NCBI GenBank assembly: GCA_028874915.1
Contig: JAPPHA010000116.1
Span: forward strand, 138,605-202,604
From: Paracoccaceae bacterium
GTDB taxonomy: Bacteria; Pseudomonadota; Alphaproteobacteria; Rhodobacterales; Rhodobacteraceae
Length of the DNA stretch: 64,000 nt
Direction: 5' to 3'
Shown here: piece after piece, positions 36,982 to 45,870 of the stretch
How positions within the stretch are numbered: the first letter of the stretch is position 1
Layout of the letters: the number at the start of each line of letters is the position of its first letter
The notes under the pieces: model-generated
The model's database searches: none
Told to the model about the DNA's origin: nothing
Seen by the model: only the letters and a program-made list of their open reading frames with translations
Program-made: the position numbers and the translations under genes

Positions 36982-38367
36982 TCACGCGTGGTTCAATGCC
37001 GTCACGTCGATCTGGGCTGCGGCCTCTTCGACCGGTCCCGGACCGGGAACAAACACGCAGTCGAAGGCCGGCAGATCTCTGGTTGCGAACAGGGGGCGAA
37101 TGGCCTCGTAGGCGATAAGGTCCGCTTCCGTGCGAAGATAGACCACGGTCTTCGTGATCGCCTCCGGGCCGATTCCGGACGCGGCGCAGCACTCCCGGAT
37201 GCGTTGCCATGCCCACCAGATCTGTGCCGGCACCGAGGGTGAGCTCGTGTTTGCTTCCAGCGAGCGCACCAGATCCGCAGCTTCGGGGGCGACCGTATCG
37301 GCGTTTCTGACAATGCGGCCGTCCGGTCCAATGCCCAGCATGCCCGCAAACAGCAGTAGCGGCCCCGCACGGACGACCGCAGGTCCCGCGAACGGGGCAG
37401 GCCAACGCCAACCGAGATCGGAACGGTCGAGCGTACCGGGACGCAGTGCCGTCGGCTCAATTTCGATTCGGCAACCCTTGTGACCCACCTCGTCGAATCC
37501 GACCACTGTCAACGCGGGAGCGCATCCGCCGAAAAAGTGCTGATGCACCCTGTGGAAGGTCCCGAAATCGCGAAGGTCGGCGAGATAGACACGAACGTGC
37601 ACGATGTCTGACATCGCCATGCGGTTGCTCGCCAGGGCACGTCGAATCTCGTTGTAGACGAACCAGGTCTGAGCCGCGATCGGGCCGTCGCGCGCGTCCG
37701 GATGGCTGCGTCCCGTCTCCAGGAAGCGTCCCTCCTCCGGAACGTCGTCGAAACCGGCGACCACAGGTTTGCCCGGTAGCGCCGTCCTGATCGGAATGTG
37801 GCCGGCGAGGAACACGAGCGGCCCGCTTGCCGACATCTGCGAATAGATGGAGGCGGACGGGTTTGCAGCGTCTCCTGCCGGAGTCAGTATCCGGCGCGCG
37901 CCGAGGCAGTCACGGTCCTCGACATCGACCGCGATTCCTTCGATTCCGAACCAGCCGCCGCGCTGGCCCCCGACGGATGACACGCCGAGTCCGCTGCTCG
38001 GGGCGGCTTCGGGCTGCCAGATCTTCCGAACCCGTTCGAGAACCGGAAAGAACCGCTTGTCACGCTGCCACATGCGCTGTCGCAGGATCTGGTCACCCCG
38101 GGTCCCGGCACGTGCGAGCACACGCTCCAGATTGCTGTGGGCGCGCCATGCGTCCGCCGTCGCCTCGCCCTCCATCCCGTCGACCAGGACAAATCCCTGC
38201 GACGGTCTGGCGAACTCCGGTGGAACATCAGAGTAGGACGCGGTTTCGTCGCCCGGCAGGCCTCCTCTCACTCCCGAGGTGAACACAAACCCGCCGCCGC
38301 GCACCGCCGCCGGGTAGCCGGGCCAGGCGGTGAGTTCCGGTTCGGTCGGCACCTCCCTGCGGCGCAT
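36982..38367 (-). CDS. triple-domain RidA/YjgF-family protein (second paralogue)
   Basis: ORF track 36982..38463. The likely start is ATG at 38367 (MRRREVPTEPELTAWPGYPAAVRGGGFVFTSG...). GTG at 38463 (GTGA overlap with the upstream gene) is an alternative. There are three RidA-like modules with cores VRGGGFVFTSG, SASGPLVFLAGH and VRAGPLLLFAGM. The last ends in IDVTAL. Confidence 0.78.
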   Translation of the reverse strand: MRRREVPTEPELTAWPGYPAAVRGGGFVFTSGVRGGLPGDETASYSDVPPEFARPSQGFVLVDGMEGEATADAWRAHSNLERVLARAGTRGDQILRQRMWQRDKRFFPVLERVRKIWQPEAAPSSGLGVSSVGGQRGGWFGIEGIAVDVEDRDCLGARRILTPAGDAANPSASIYSQMSASGPLVFLAGHIPIRTALPGKPVVAGFDDVPEEGRFLETGRSHPDARDGPIAAQTWFVYNEIRRALASNRMAMSDIVHVRVYLADLRDFGTFHRVHQHFFGGCAPALTVVGFDEVGHKGCRIEIEPTALRPGTLDRSDLGWRWPAPFAGPAVVRAGPLLLFAGMLGIGPDGRIVRNADTVAPEAADLVRSLEANTSSPSVPAQIWWAWQRIRECCAASGIGPEAITKTVVYLRTEADLIAYEAIRPLFATRDLPAFDCVFVPGPGPVEEAAAQIDVTALNHA

Positions 38368-38459
38368 TTCGATCTCCGGGACGAAGCGATGCCGGCGGCA
38401 TCGGGCCTTTGGAACGACACCAGCGGGCGGCCGGGTCGGCCACCGACGCCGTGCGGGTT

Positions 38460-39449
38460 TCACATCCCGAGAAGCCTAGTCGCGTTCCCGGACAGGATCA
38501 AGGACCGCTCGTCCTCGCTGAGGCCGGCGTGTTGGGTGACGAACTCGACCGGACGCTGGTATGACATGTCGAAGCAGAAATCGCTGCCAAGGACGACCCT
38601 GTCGGCGCCGACGAGCGAGATGAGGTAGTCCAGGGCCGGATGGGCGTGCGTGATGGTGTCATAATAAAACCGTCGCAGATACGTGTCGGGCGGGTTGCGC
38701 AAATGCCGGCATTCCGGGCGTACCCCCCATCCGTGCGTGATCCGACCCACCAGGTAGGGAAAGGTTCCGCCGGCGTGTGGCAGGCAGAACGTCAGGTCCG
38801 GAAACCTGTCCAGCACTTCGCCGAAGATCAGATGGGAGGCGGCGATCGCCGATTCGGTCGGATTGCCGATCAGGTTCGTCAGATAGAATTTCCGAAGTCG
38901 GTCGGGATCGACGACGTTGATCGGATGAAGGAACACCGCGAATCCCCGGTCCTGGATCGCCTCGTAGATCGGGAAGAAACTCTCGTCGGACAGTTCCCTG
39001 TCTCCGACCCGGGTGCCCATGTATATGCCCCGAATCCCCGGCGAGTCCTGGATTCGGGCCAGTTCGGCCAGAGCGATGTCAGGCACGTGCATCGGAAGAG
39101 TCGCCAGACCGACAAAACGGTCCGGGTGGGAGAGGTGGGCCTCGACGCAGGCATCGTTGAAGGCTTCCGACAGCCGCCTCGCCAGATCTGCGGGCGCCCA
39201 GTAGACCATCGGTTGCGTCAGTGACAGGGCATGGACAGACACGCCTTGTTCGTCCATCGAGTCCAGCCTTGCCGAAATATCGTAGTAACGGATCTCCACC
39301 GGTGTGATCTGTTTGCCGATGGCGATACTCGGTCCCTCGACTCCGTCCCACTTGCCACCGATCCCGAACTTGCCGCCCTCCTCGGCCACCAGCTTCAGAT
39401 AGGCCTCGGGAAAAAAATGCGCATGGATGTCGATTGTCCTGACCTTCAT
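38460..39449 (-). CDS. Amidohydro_2 family metal-dependent decarboxylase/hydratase (ACMSD/LigJ-like)
   Basis: ORF track 38460..39764. Start trimmed to ATG at 39449 (MKVRTIDIHAHFFPEAYLKLV..., the HxH motif), with ...FLHP...CLPHAGG...VLGSDF (His/Asp ligands), 329 aa. Confidence 0.85.
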   Translation of the reverse strand: MKVRTIDIHAHFFPEAYLKLVAEEGGKFGIGGKWDGVEGPSIAIGKQITPVEIRYYDISARLDSMDEQGVSVHALSLTQPMVYWAPADLARRLSEAFNDACVEAHLSHPDRFVGLATLPMHVPDIALAELARIQDSPGIRGIYMGTRVGDRELSDESFFPIYEAIQDRGFAVFLHPINVVDPDRLRKFYLTNLIGNPTESAIAASHLIFGEVLDRFPDLTFCLPHAGGTFPYLVGRITHGWGVRPECRHLRNPPDTYLRRFYYDTITHAHPALDYLISLVGADRVVLGSDFCFDMSYQRPVEFVTQHAGLSEDERSLILSGNATRLLGM

Positions 39450-39676
39450 TGTTCCCCTATCCTCTCGTGTCAGTCCGGTCCGAGCTTCCGGACCCGCCCG
39501 GGCGACGGCCCGTTTCGCGGAACGAGAGGCTAAAGGTCGCAACCGCCGGTGTCCAGAAATCGCCGGAGTGCCCCTGGTGGTGGAACATGCCCCGGATCGC
39601 AATTTGGGTTTCGTGCGACGGGACATGCCCCTATGGTACGCGTCCCGGTGGAACGCCGATACGCGGGGAGGGAACA

Positions 39677-40153
39677 ATGGGCGAGGGTACGGAAGATTCC
39701 GGACCGGTCGGAGTCGGATCGATCGACCACGTGGCGTTGGCGGTCCCCGACTTGGACACTGCAATTTCGTTCTTTCGGGACCGCTTTGCCGCCGAGGTCA
39801 GCGAGGCCGTTACCCTGGCCGAACAGTCCATTCGAATCGCATTCGTGCGATTGGCAAACGCCGAAATAGAACTGATGGAACCATTGAGCCGGGATTCGCC
39901 GATTGGACGCTTCCTCGCTCGAAATCCAGCGGGCGGTCTGCACCACATCTGCCTTGCGACGGACGACGCGTCATCTGCCCACTCAGCATCCTTGGCCCAG
40001 GGGTTGCGGCCTCTGAACCCCCCGAGGCCGGGTTATCACGGGCGCCCGTTGTTCTTCCTTCATCCCAAGGCCACTTTTGGAATGCTGGTCGAGATCGAGG
40101 AGGCCGAGCGGGAACCCGATGACGCGCGATACCAAAACTGGAGAGAGCGATGA
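39677..40153 (+). CDS. methylmalonyl-CoA epimerase-like VOC (glyoxalase) family protein
   Basis: ORF track 39449..40153. ATG at 39677 follows GGGGAGGGA. Contains IDHVALAVPDLDTAISFF...IELMEP...GGLHHICLATDD...FLHPKATFGMLVEIEE, the typical MCE pattern. Confidence 0.82.
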   Translation: MGEGTEDSGPVGVGSIDHVALAVPDLDTAISFFRDRFAAEVSEAVTLAEQSIRIAFVRLANAEIELMEPLSRDSPIGRFLARNPAGGLHHICLATDDASSAHSASLAQGLRPLNPPRPGYHGRPLFFLHPKATFGMLVEIEEAEREPDDARYQNWRER

Positions 40154-41034
40154 ACGAGAACCGAGACGACAGTTACCGGGAAATCCTGTACGAGGTGAAA
40201 GACCACGTCGCGTGGGTTACGATCAATCGACCGGAAGTGCGGAACGCGTTCCGGGAACAGACGCTGGATGAACTCATCGATGCGCTTCGCTCGACGAGGG
40301 ACGACCCGTCGATAACCTGTGCGGTCGTGACTGGATCCGGTGACAAGGCGTTCTCGGCCGGCGGCGACTTCTACGCGATGATGCGGCTGAATTGGGTCAA
40401 TGCCGCGCACTGGAACGAGCGCATGCTCGGACTCGCGATGACAATCCGGGGACTTCCGATCCCGGTGATCGCCATGGTCAACGGATGGTGCATGGGTGGC
40501 GGACACGAACTGGCCTTGTGGTGCGACCTCGTGATCGCGTCGGAAAATTCGGTCTTCGGCCAGACCGGTGCCCGCGTCGGCGCTTGTCCGACGGTCGGGG
40601 CCACACAGTACCTGCCGCGGCTGATCGGTGAACGACTCGCTCGCGAGATGATCTTCATGTGTCGGACCTTCACGGCGGAGGAAGCGGTTCGTGTCGGACT
40701 GATCAACCGGGTCGTCCCGCAAGCGGATCTGCGGCGCGCCACTGAAGAATGGTGTGCGCAGTTCAAGTCCCTGAGTTCGCAGACCCTGAGGCAGACGAAG
40801 AAGTCCCTGAACCACGAGTCGGATGAACTCTACGCCTCCTGGCAGCAGGGAATGGAGCTGCTCGCGCATGTCTGGGGTTCGGAGGAAGCCATGGAGGGGA
40901 TGAACGCGTTTCTCGAACGTCGAAAGCCGGACTTCCAGAAGTTTCGCGAGCGCAATCGAGAGACGGTCCGCGACTACCTCGACGGACTTGCGGCGGATGA
41001 CAACATGGCGCCGCCCAAACAGCCGCCGTCATGA
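40150..41034 (+). CDS. enoyl-CoA hydratase/isomerase (crotonase) family protein
   Basis: ORF track 40150..41034, with an ATGA overlap with the upstream gene. Contains VAWVTINRPEVRNAF...VVTGSGDKAFSAGGD...VIAMVNGWCMGGGHELALWCDLVIAS. Confidence 0.9.
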   Translation: MNENRDDSYREILYEVKDHVAWVTINRPEVRNAFREQTLDELIDALRSTRDDPSITCAVVTGSGDKAFSAGGDFYAMMRLNWVNAAHWNERMLGLAMTIRGLPIPVIAMVNGWCMGGGHELALWCDLVIASENSVFGQTGARVGACPTVGATQYLPRLIGERLAREMIFMCRTFTAEEAVRVGLINRVVPQADLRRATEEWCAQFKSLSSQTLRQTKKSLNHESDELYASWQQGMELLAHVWGSEEAMEGMNAFLERRKPDFQKFRERNRETVRDYLDGLAADDNMAPPKQPPS

Positions 41035-42239
41035 CACGGGACCCCGGCAGGACCGGACCGCTGTCGGGAATCCGGGTCGTCGATCTCAGCCGGATTCTTG
41101 CCGGACCGTTCTGCACCATGAACCTCGGTGACATGGGCGCCGAGGTCATCAAGATCGAGCAACCCGGAAAGGGCGACGATACCCGGGGCTGGGGCCCCCC
41201 TTTCGTGGGCGGTGAGGCCGCATATTTCCTGGGAGTGAACCGGAACAAGCGGGGGATGACTCTGAATCTCAAGGACCCGCGTGGTCTGGAGATGTTGAGG
41301 TCACTCCTGCGGTCGGCCGATGTCATCGTCGAAAACTTCAGGACGGGAACGCTCGAGAACTGGGGGATCACGCGGGAGTGGCGCGAACGGGAAGCGCCGC
41401 GCCTCGTGCACTGCGAGATCTCCGGATACGGCGATGAGGGACCGCGTAGCGGAATGCCCGGATACGACTTCCTGATGCAGGCGGAGTGTGGATTGATGAG
41501 CATCACCGGTGCCCCGGACGGGGAACCGATGAAACTCGGAGTCGCGATCGTCGACGTTTGCACCGGAATGTATGCGTCGATGGGAATCCTCGCCGCCCTC
41601 AACGACCGCAACAGAACCGGCCGCGGGCAAAAATTCGAGGTCTCGCTGTATTCGACCGGGCTCTCGATGCTGGTGAACGTCGCTTCCAATCACCTTGCCA
41701 GCGGAAGGGAGCCGGGTCGCTATGGCAACGGTCATCCGAACATCGTTCCCTATCGCGCTTTCGAATGCTCGGACGGCAGCATCGCGCTCGCGGTCGGCAA
41801 CGATTCCCAGTTCTCCCGCCTCGCGGAGTGCCTGAACCACCCGGAGTGGTCCGCCGACGATCGATTCGCCCGCAACGCGGATCGCGTTCGAAACCGGGAA
41901 GCGATCGACGCCCTCATCTCCGAGGCGCTGGCCGAGCGCAGTGTCGACGCCTGTCTGGAGCAACTGCGCGAGCGCAACATTCCCTGCAGCCCGATCAACG
42001 GTGTGCACGAAGCGATCGCCGACCCGCAGACCGCAGCTTGTGACATGATTGCAGAACTTGAGCATCCGACCGCAGGGGCGATCCGAATGCTTGGAATTCC
42101 GTACAGTTTCTCCGACACGCCGGCCTCGGTCGAACTGCCGCCACCCCGACTCGGTTCGGACACCGAGGCGATCCTGTCAGAGGCGCTCCACCTGGATCCG
42201 GAAACCATCGCGAAATACCGGCGAGACGGTGTGATCTGA
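41031..42239 (+). CDS. family III CoA-transferase (CaiB/BaiF/Frc-like)
   Basis: ORF track 41031..42239, with an ATGA overlap. Contains LSGIRVVDLSRILAGPFCTMNLGDMGAEVIKIE...DVIVENFRTGTLE...GYDFLMQAECGLMSITG. Confidence 0.9.
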   Translation: MTRDPGRTGPLSGIRVVDLSRILAGPFCTMNLGDMGAEVIKIEQPGKGDDTRGWGPPFVGGEAAYFLGVNRNKRGMTLNLKDPRGLEMLRSLLRSADVIVENFRTGTLENWGITREWREREAPRLVHCEISGYGDEGPRSGMPGYDFLMQAECGLMSITGAPDGEPMKLGVAIVDVCTGMYASMGILAALNDRNRTGRGQKFEVSLYSTGLSMLVNVASNHLASGREPGRYGNGHPNIVPYRAFECSDGSIALAVGNDSQFSRLAECLNHPEWSADDRFARNADRVRNREAIDALISEALAERSVDACLEQLRERNIPCSPINGVHEAIADPQTAACDMIAELEHPTAGAIRMLGIPYSFSDTPASVELPPPRLGSDTEAILSEALHLDPETIAKYRRDGVI

Positions 42240-42254
42240 CCGCGCGGCGCTTCG

Positions 42255-43358
42255 ATGCTTCGGATATCGGAACTTGAATCGTTCGGAGTCGCGTTGCGTC
42301 TCGGACGATCCATGCCTATGTCCGGTGAGACGGTTTCGGTTTCACGCAATCTGTTGGTGCGCGTGTCCGACGGCGAGGGCAATGCCGGCTGGGGGGAAGC
42401 CGCCTCGGCACCGCTCATGACGGGTGATACACTTCCGGGAATGCTCGCCGCGGTGGAATCCGCCGCGCCTCGGATTGCCGGACTGGAGATCGCCTCCGCC
42501 GGCGACATACGCGGCCTTGTCGAGTCGATGATTCCGAAAAGCCCGGGAGCAAGATGCGCGGTCGAAATGGCCGTTCTCGACCTTGTCGGTCGGCGAACCC
42601 GCACACCGCTTTACGAAATCCTGGGAGGTCGCGTTCGCGACAGCGCGGCGGTTTTGGCGCTTGTTGCGTCGGAGCAGTACGAGACGGAGGTTGAGCGACT
42701 TCTGCAAAGCGGCGTTCGGGCGTTCAAGGTCAAGGTCGGGATCGACGGTGTGGCGGCGGACCTGTCGACGTGCCATGCGGTTCGAACCGCCGTGGGGAGA
42801 GACATCCGGGTCTCGGCGGACGCCAACGGAGGATTCGGCCTTGCCGACGCACTCGCGTTCGCTGCCGGAGCGAAGGACGCCGGTCTGGATTTCATCGAAC
42901 AACCATTGCCGGCCTCGGACCTGGCCGGGATGGCCGCTTGCGTGGACGCGACGAGCGTTCCCATTGGCGCGGACGAAGGATTCCGCTCTGTTGAGGACAT
43001 CCGCCTCCACCACGAGGCGCGGGCCGCGTCCGGAGGGAGCCTGAAGCCTCTCAAGATGGGTGTCGGGGGAGTCCTGGCCGCAGGTAAACTGATGAACGCA
43101 CTGGAAATGAAAGTGAATCTGGCGGGCAAGGTTGCCGAGTCTTCGGTCGGCAGCGCTGCGATCGCCCATCTTGCCGTGACCCTGCCTCAGCTCGACTGGG
43201 ATGCCAGCGCAACGTGTCAGTATCTTTCGACAGATCTTGCCGTTCAGCCAGTGGAGATCGTTAACGGCGCGCTCGCACCGTCAGATGCTCCGGGTCTCGG
43301 CATAGAGGTCGATCCGGACAGGCTGCGTGCTCTTTTCGTTGGGCAGGACGGCACTTGA
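42255..43358 (+). CDS. enolase-superfamily enzyme (mandelate racemase/muconate lactonizing enzyme family)
   Basis: ORF track 42255..43358. Contains FKVKVG...IRVSADANGGF...FIEQPL...PIGADEG...LKPLKMGG-like metal-ligand and catalytic-lysine spacing. Specificity is not inferable. Confidence 0.85.
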   Translation: MLRISELESFGVALRLGRSMPMSGETVSVSRNLLVRVSDGEGNAGWGEAASAPLMTGDTLPGMLAAVESAAPRIAGLEIASAGDIRGLVESMIPKSPGARCAVEMAVLDLVGRRTRTPLYEILGGRVRDSAAVLALVASEQYETEVERLLQSGVRAFKVKVGIDGVAADLSTCHAVRTAVGRDIRVSADANGGFGLADALAFAAGAKDAGLDFIEQPLPASDLAGMAACVDATSVPIGADEGFRSVEDIRLHHEARAASGGSLKPLKMGVGGVLAAGKLMNALEMKVNLAGKVAESSVGSAAIAHLAVTLPQLDWDASATCQYLSTDLAVQPVEIVNGALAPSDAPGLGIEVDPDRLRALFVGQDGT

Positions 43359-43913
43359 CGAGCGACCACCGCGCCGTTCGGCAATGCCGGCACGGCAGCG
43401 GATACTGCAGGCGTGAGTCCGTCCTCGCGGTGAGGCATCCGAGACATGCAAACCGATGCCGGAAGGACGTCCTCGCTCCAGCCTTACCGCATGTCTTGAC
43501 CGGTTTGGCAGGAACGAATGCGGCCTCAAATGTGTTGGACGCAGTCGAACCGCCCTGAAGTCGTGAGTTCGCGAAAACCGACATTCGGTGGGTGGTTGAA
43601 CACCCGTGACGCACGAACTTCGGGACGAGAACTCATGCCCCGACGACTCGCGGATTCGCCTTCAAGCCGGATCGACAATACGCGTGCGGGAAGCAGGTCT
43701 GCTCGGGGATGTTGAGCATCTCCTGTCCGGTTTCGTTTGTTTCAGTGGTCTTCAGGTAACATTCGTCTCGACCCGATTCACCTTACCGACCCTTCCGGTC
43801 TGGTCGGACGCCGTTCCAAAGCTGATATGATCGTTCCTCGCCGACGCGGAAAACGCCATGTGCCAGGACAAGCAATTTCCGGATCGATTTACGAGCGTAA
43901 TACGGACGACAAG

Positions 43914-44774
43914 TCAGACTGCAGAATACAACCCGTAAGAAAATTCGACGCCACCTGGAAACGAGACATCGGCACTGGCACCACCGGGTGAAAACAAGCG
44001 GAACCGAATCCAGTCAATGACGCGAACTGCCTCGCCCGCCTTGCCGACCAGAAGCGGGCGCTCAGGGGAGCCGACAACAAGCGGTTTGCTCTTCAACGGG
44101 ACCGATCGAGCCAACGAGGACAGTGTGTTTGAATAGCCACTCAGAATCATTGCAGTGCACGTAGCCGTAAGTTTCCGGTTGGTCCTTCGTCGTGGCCTCG
44201 GCGCCCGGCCCTCTGTGTTCGAACACCTTTCGCCTCGGTCCCTTGCAAGCTCGATGTCCTCTCGCCTCCTTGCATTCGGCACCAACAAATCATAACGACA
44301 CGTCGCGCTGATGGGCTGTCGCATTCGGTTGGTCACTCGTCGCTTGCATCGGCTGGGGCCGATCAAGTCGGAACGAGGTGCAGCAATTACGTTTGCGGAA
44401 GAAAGAATTACATCAATACGTGGCAGTGTGGAATTGTAGAACTCCAAAGATGACGTCGATTTACGATGGAATCTGAAGGGCATCAATTCTTCTGACGGTT
44501 TGAACCACTTCGATGATGTGTTTATTGTAAGGGGCGTCAACGGAGTGCTCGTTCGCCAGTCGGACGCTTTTACAGGCAACGGTGTCGACCTCCATACGCC
44601 CGACCAAAAATTTAATGGAGCGTGAGCTATCGTCATTCCTGGTGTACGGGTGTGGCGCGCCAGGGCCGTGCAACGGCAGCAGCTGCGCAGGTTGCAGGCG
44701 AAGACCAGATTGGGTACTAATTTGGCTTGCGTTCGCACGATTGCGACGACACCATATGTGTTGCCGGGCCGCAA
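43914..44774 (-). CDS. hypothetical protein (orphan 286-codon ORF in low-GC region; coding status uncertain)
   Basis: ORF track 43914..44774. It is the only long open frame in a stretch of about 40-50% GC where the other five frames are full of stops. The product is R/S/T/P-rich with no motif I recognise, and GC3 is about equal to local GC. Support comes from ORF length only. Confidence 0.3.
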   Translation of the reverse strand: MRPGNTYGVVAIVRTQAKLVPNLVFACNLRSCCRCTALARHTRTPGMTIAHAPLNFWSGVWRSTPLPVKASDWRTSTPLTPLTINTSSKWFKPSEELMPFRFHRKSTSSLEFYNSTLPRIDVILSSANVIAAPRSDLIGPSRCKRRVTNRMRQPISATCRYDLLVPNARRREDIELARDRGERCSNTEGRAPRPRRRTNRKLTATCTAMILSGYSNTLSSLARSVPLKSKPLVVGSPERPLLVGKAGEAVRVIDWIRFRLFSPGGASADVSFPGGVEFSYGLYSAV

Positions 44775-44810
44775 TCAACGGGTCCGGTTCATTCAAGGGG
44801 GGAAACCAAC

Positions 44811-45869
44811 ATGAAATCTGGACACAAGCACGTTCTCGCAGCCGCTGGGATGATCGCCGCGATTTTCGTGGGAACCGGCGCATTGGCCGCGGAAATGACG
44901 AAAATCGCATTTCTCATGCCATGCACCCAGTGTGCCGATCGGTGGGAGACGAAAGACCGGCCTTTCTTCATCGAGGCGGTGAAGGCGCTGGATCCTTCCA
45001 TCGAGGTTATTGCGCTGAACGCCGAGGGTGACGGCAACCGCCAGATCGCCCAGGGGGAATCGGTCCTCGCTCAGGGCGTGAAGGCAATCGTCATCAATAC
45101 GATTGGAGAAACGACCGCGGTCCCGATCGTTCGCCAGGCACAGCGCGAAGGCGTGCCTGTCATCGCGTATGACGGCCTTATGGTCGGCGTGGTTACGGAA
45201 GGCTTTGTGACCTTCAACAATGAACTTGTCGGTGTGCTCCAGGCCCAGTACCTGGTCGACAACCTTCCCGAAGGCGCCAGGATCGCGATTGTAAACGGTG
45301 AACAGTTCTGTGCCGCCTGCCGGGCATTCAAGGTCGGTGCGCACAAGGTGCTCGACCCGCTTGCCGCTGCGGGCAAGATCGAGCTCGTCTATGAGGCCGA
45401 GGCGAAGGGCTGGCTTGCCGCGAACGCGCAGCGCGCGATCGAACAGGCGCTGACGGCCACCGACAATGGCATCGACGGTGTCGTCGCCGCGAACGATACG
45501 CTTGCGCAGGGCGTCATCGCGGCCCTCAGGGGCGCCGACATGCACGGCAAGGTTCTCGTGACCGGTCAGGACGCCAGCGATGCGGCGATCGTGAACATAT
45601 TGAACGGTCTGCAGACGATGACCGTCTACAAGTCGCTTCAGCAACAGGCGGGTGCCGCCGCGCGCGGCGCCGTGGCGCTGGCCAAGGGCGAGGATGTATC
45701 GGAGATCTTTCCGGAAATGGTGACAACCGACTCGGGGGATGTTCCCGCGCTGCTATTGCAGCCCACGGTTGTCGACATCTCCAATATTGGCGATACGGTT
45801 ATCAGGGACGGTTTCACCAAGCGTGAAGACGTCTGCACGGGGACCGCGGCTCAGGCTTGCACCTTCTGA
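44811..45869 (+). CDS. sugar ABC transporter substrate-binding protein (Peripla_BP_1/XylF-like, CUT2 type)
   Basis: ORF track 44727..45869. Start at ATG 44811 (MKSGHKHVLAAAGMIAAIFVGTGALAA signal peptide). Contains KIAFLMP..., VKAIVIN, VPVIAYD, VVAANDTLAQGV and VTGQDA, typical of monosaccharide-binding proteins. Confidence 0.88.
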   Translation: MKSGHKHVLAAAGMIAAIFVGTGALAAEMTKIAFLMPCTQCADRWETKDRPFFIEAVKALDPSIEVIALNAEGDGNRQIAQGESVLAQGVKAIVINTIGETTAVPIVRQAQREGVPVIAYDGLMVGVVTEGFVTFNNELVGVLQAQYLVDNLPEGARIAIVNGEQFCAACRAFKVGAHKVLDPLAAAGKIELVYEAEAKGWLAANAQRAIEQALTATDNGIDGVVAANDTLAQGVIAALRGADMHGKVLVTGQDASDAAIVNILNGLQTMTVYKSLQQQAGAAARGAVALAKGEDVSEIFPEMVTTDSGDVPALLLQPTVVDISNIGDTVIRDGFTKREDVCTGTAAQACTF

Positions 45870-45870
45870 A

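Noticed and set aside
44205-44230. tRNA-like T-loop word GTTCGAA in the low-GC region. I also made a general by-eye search for tRNA, rRNA and CRISPR.
   Set aside because: There are no flanking 5-bp T-stem complements, acceptor stem or anticodon arm. No GGTTCGAATCC-type T-arms occur in any intergenic region, and there are no spaced direct-repeat arrays. tRNAscan or Infernal would be needed to exclude these formally.
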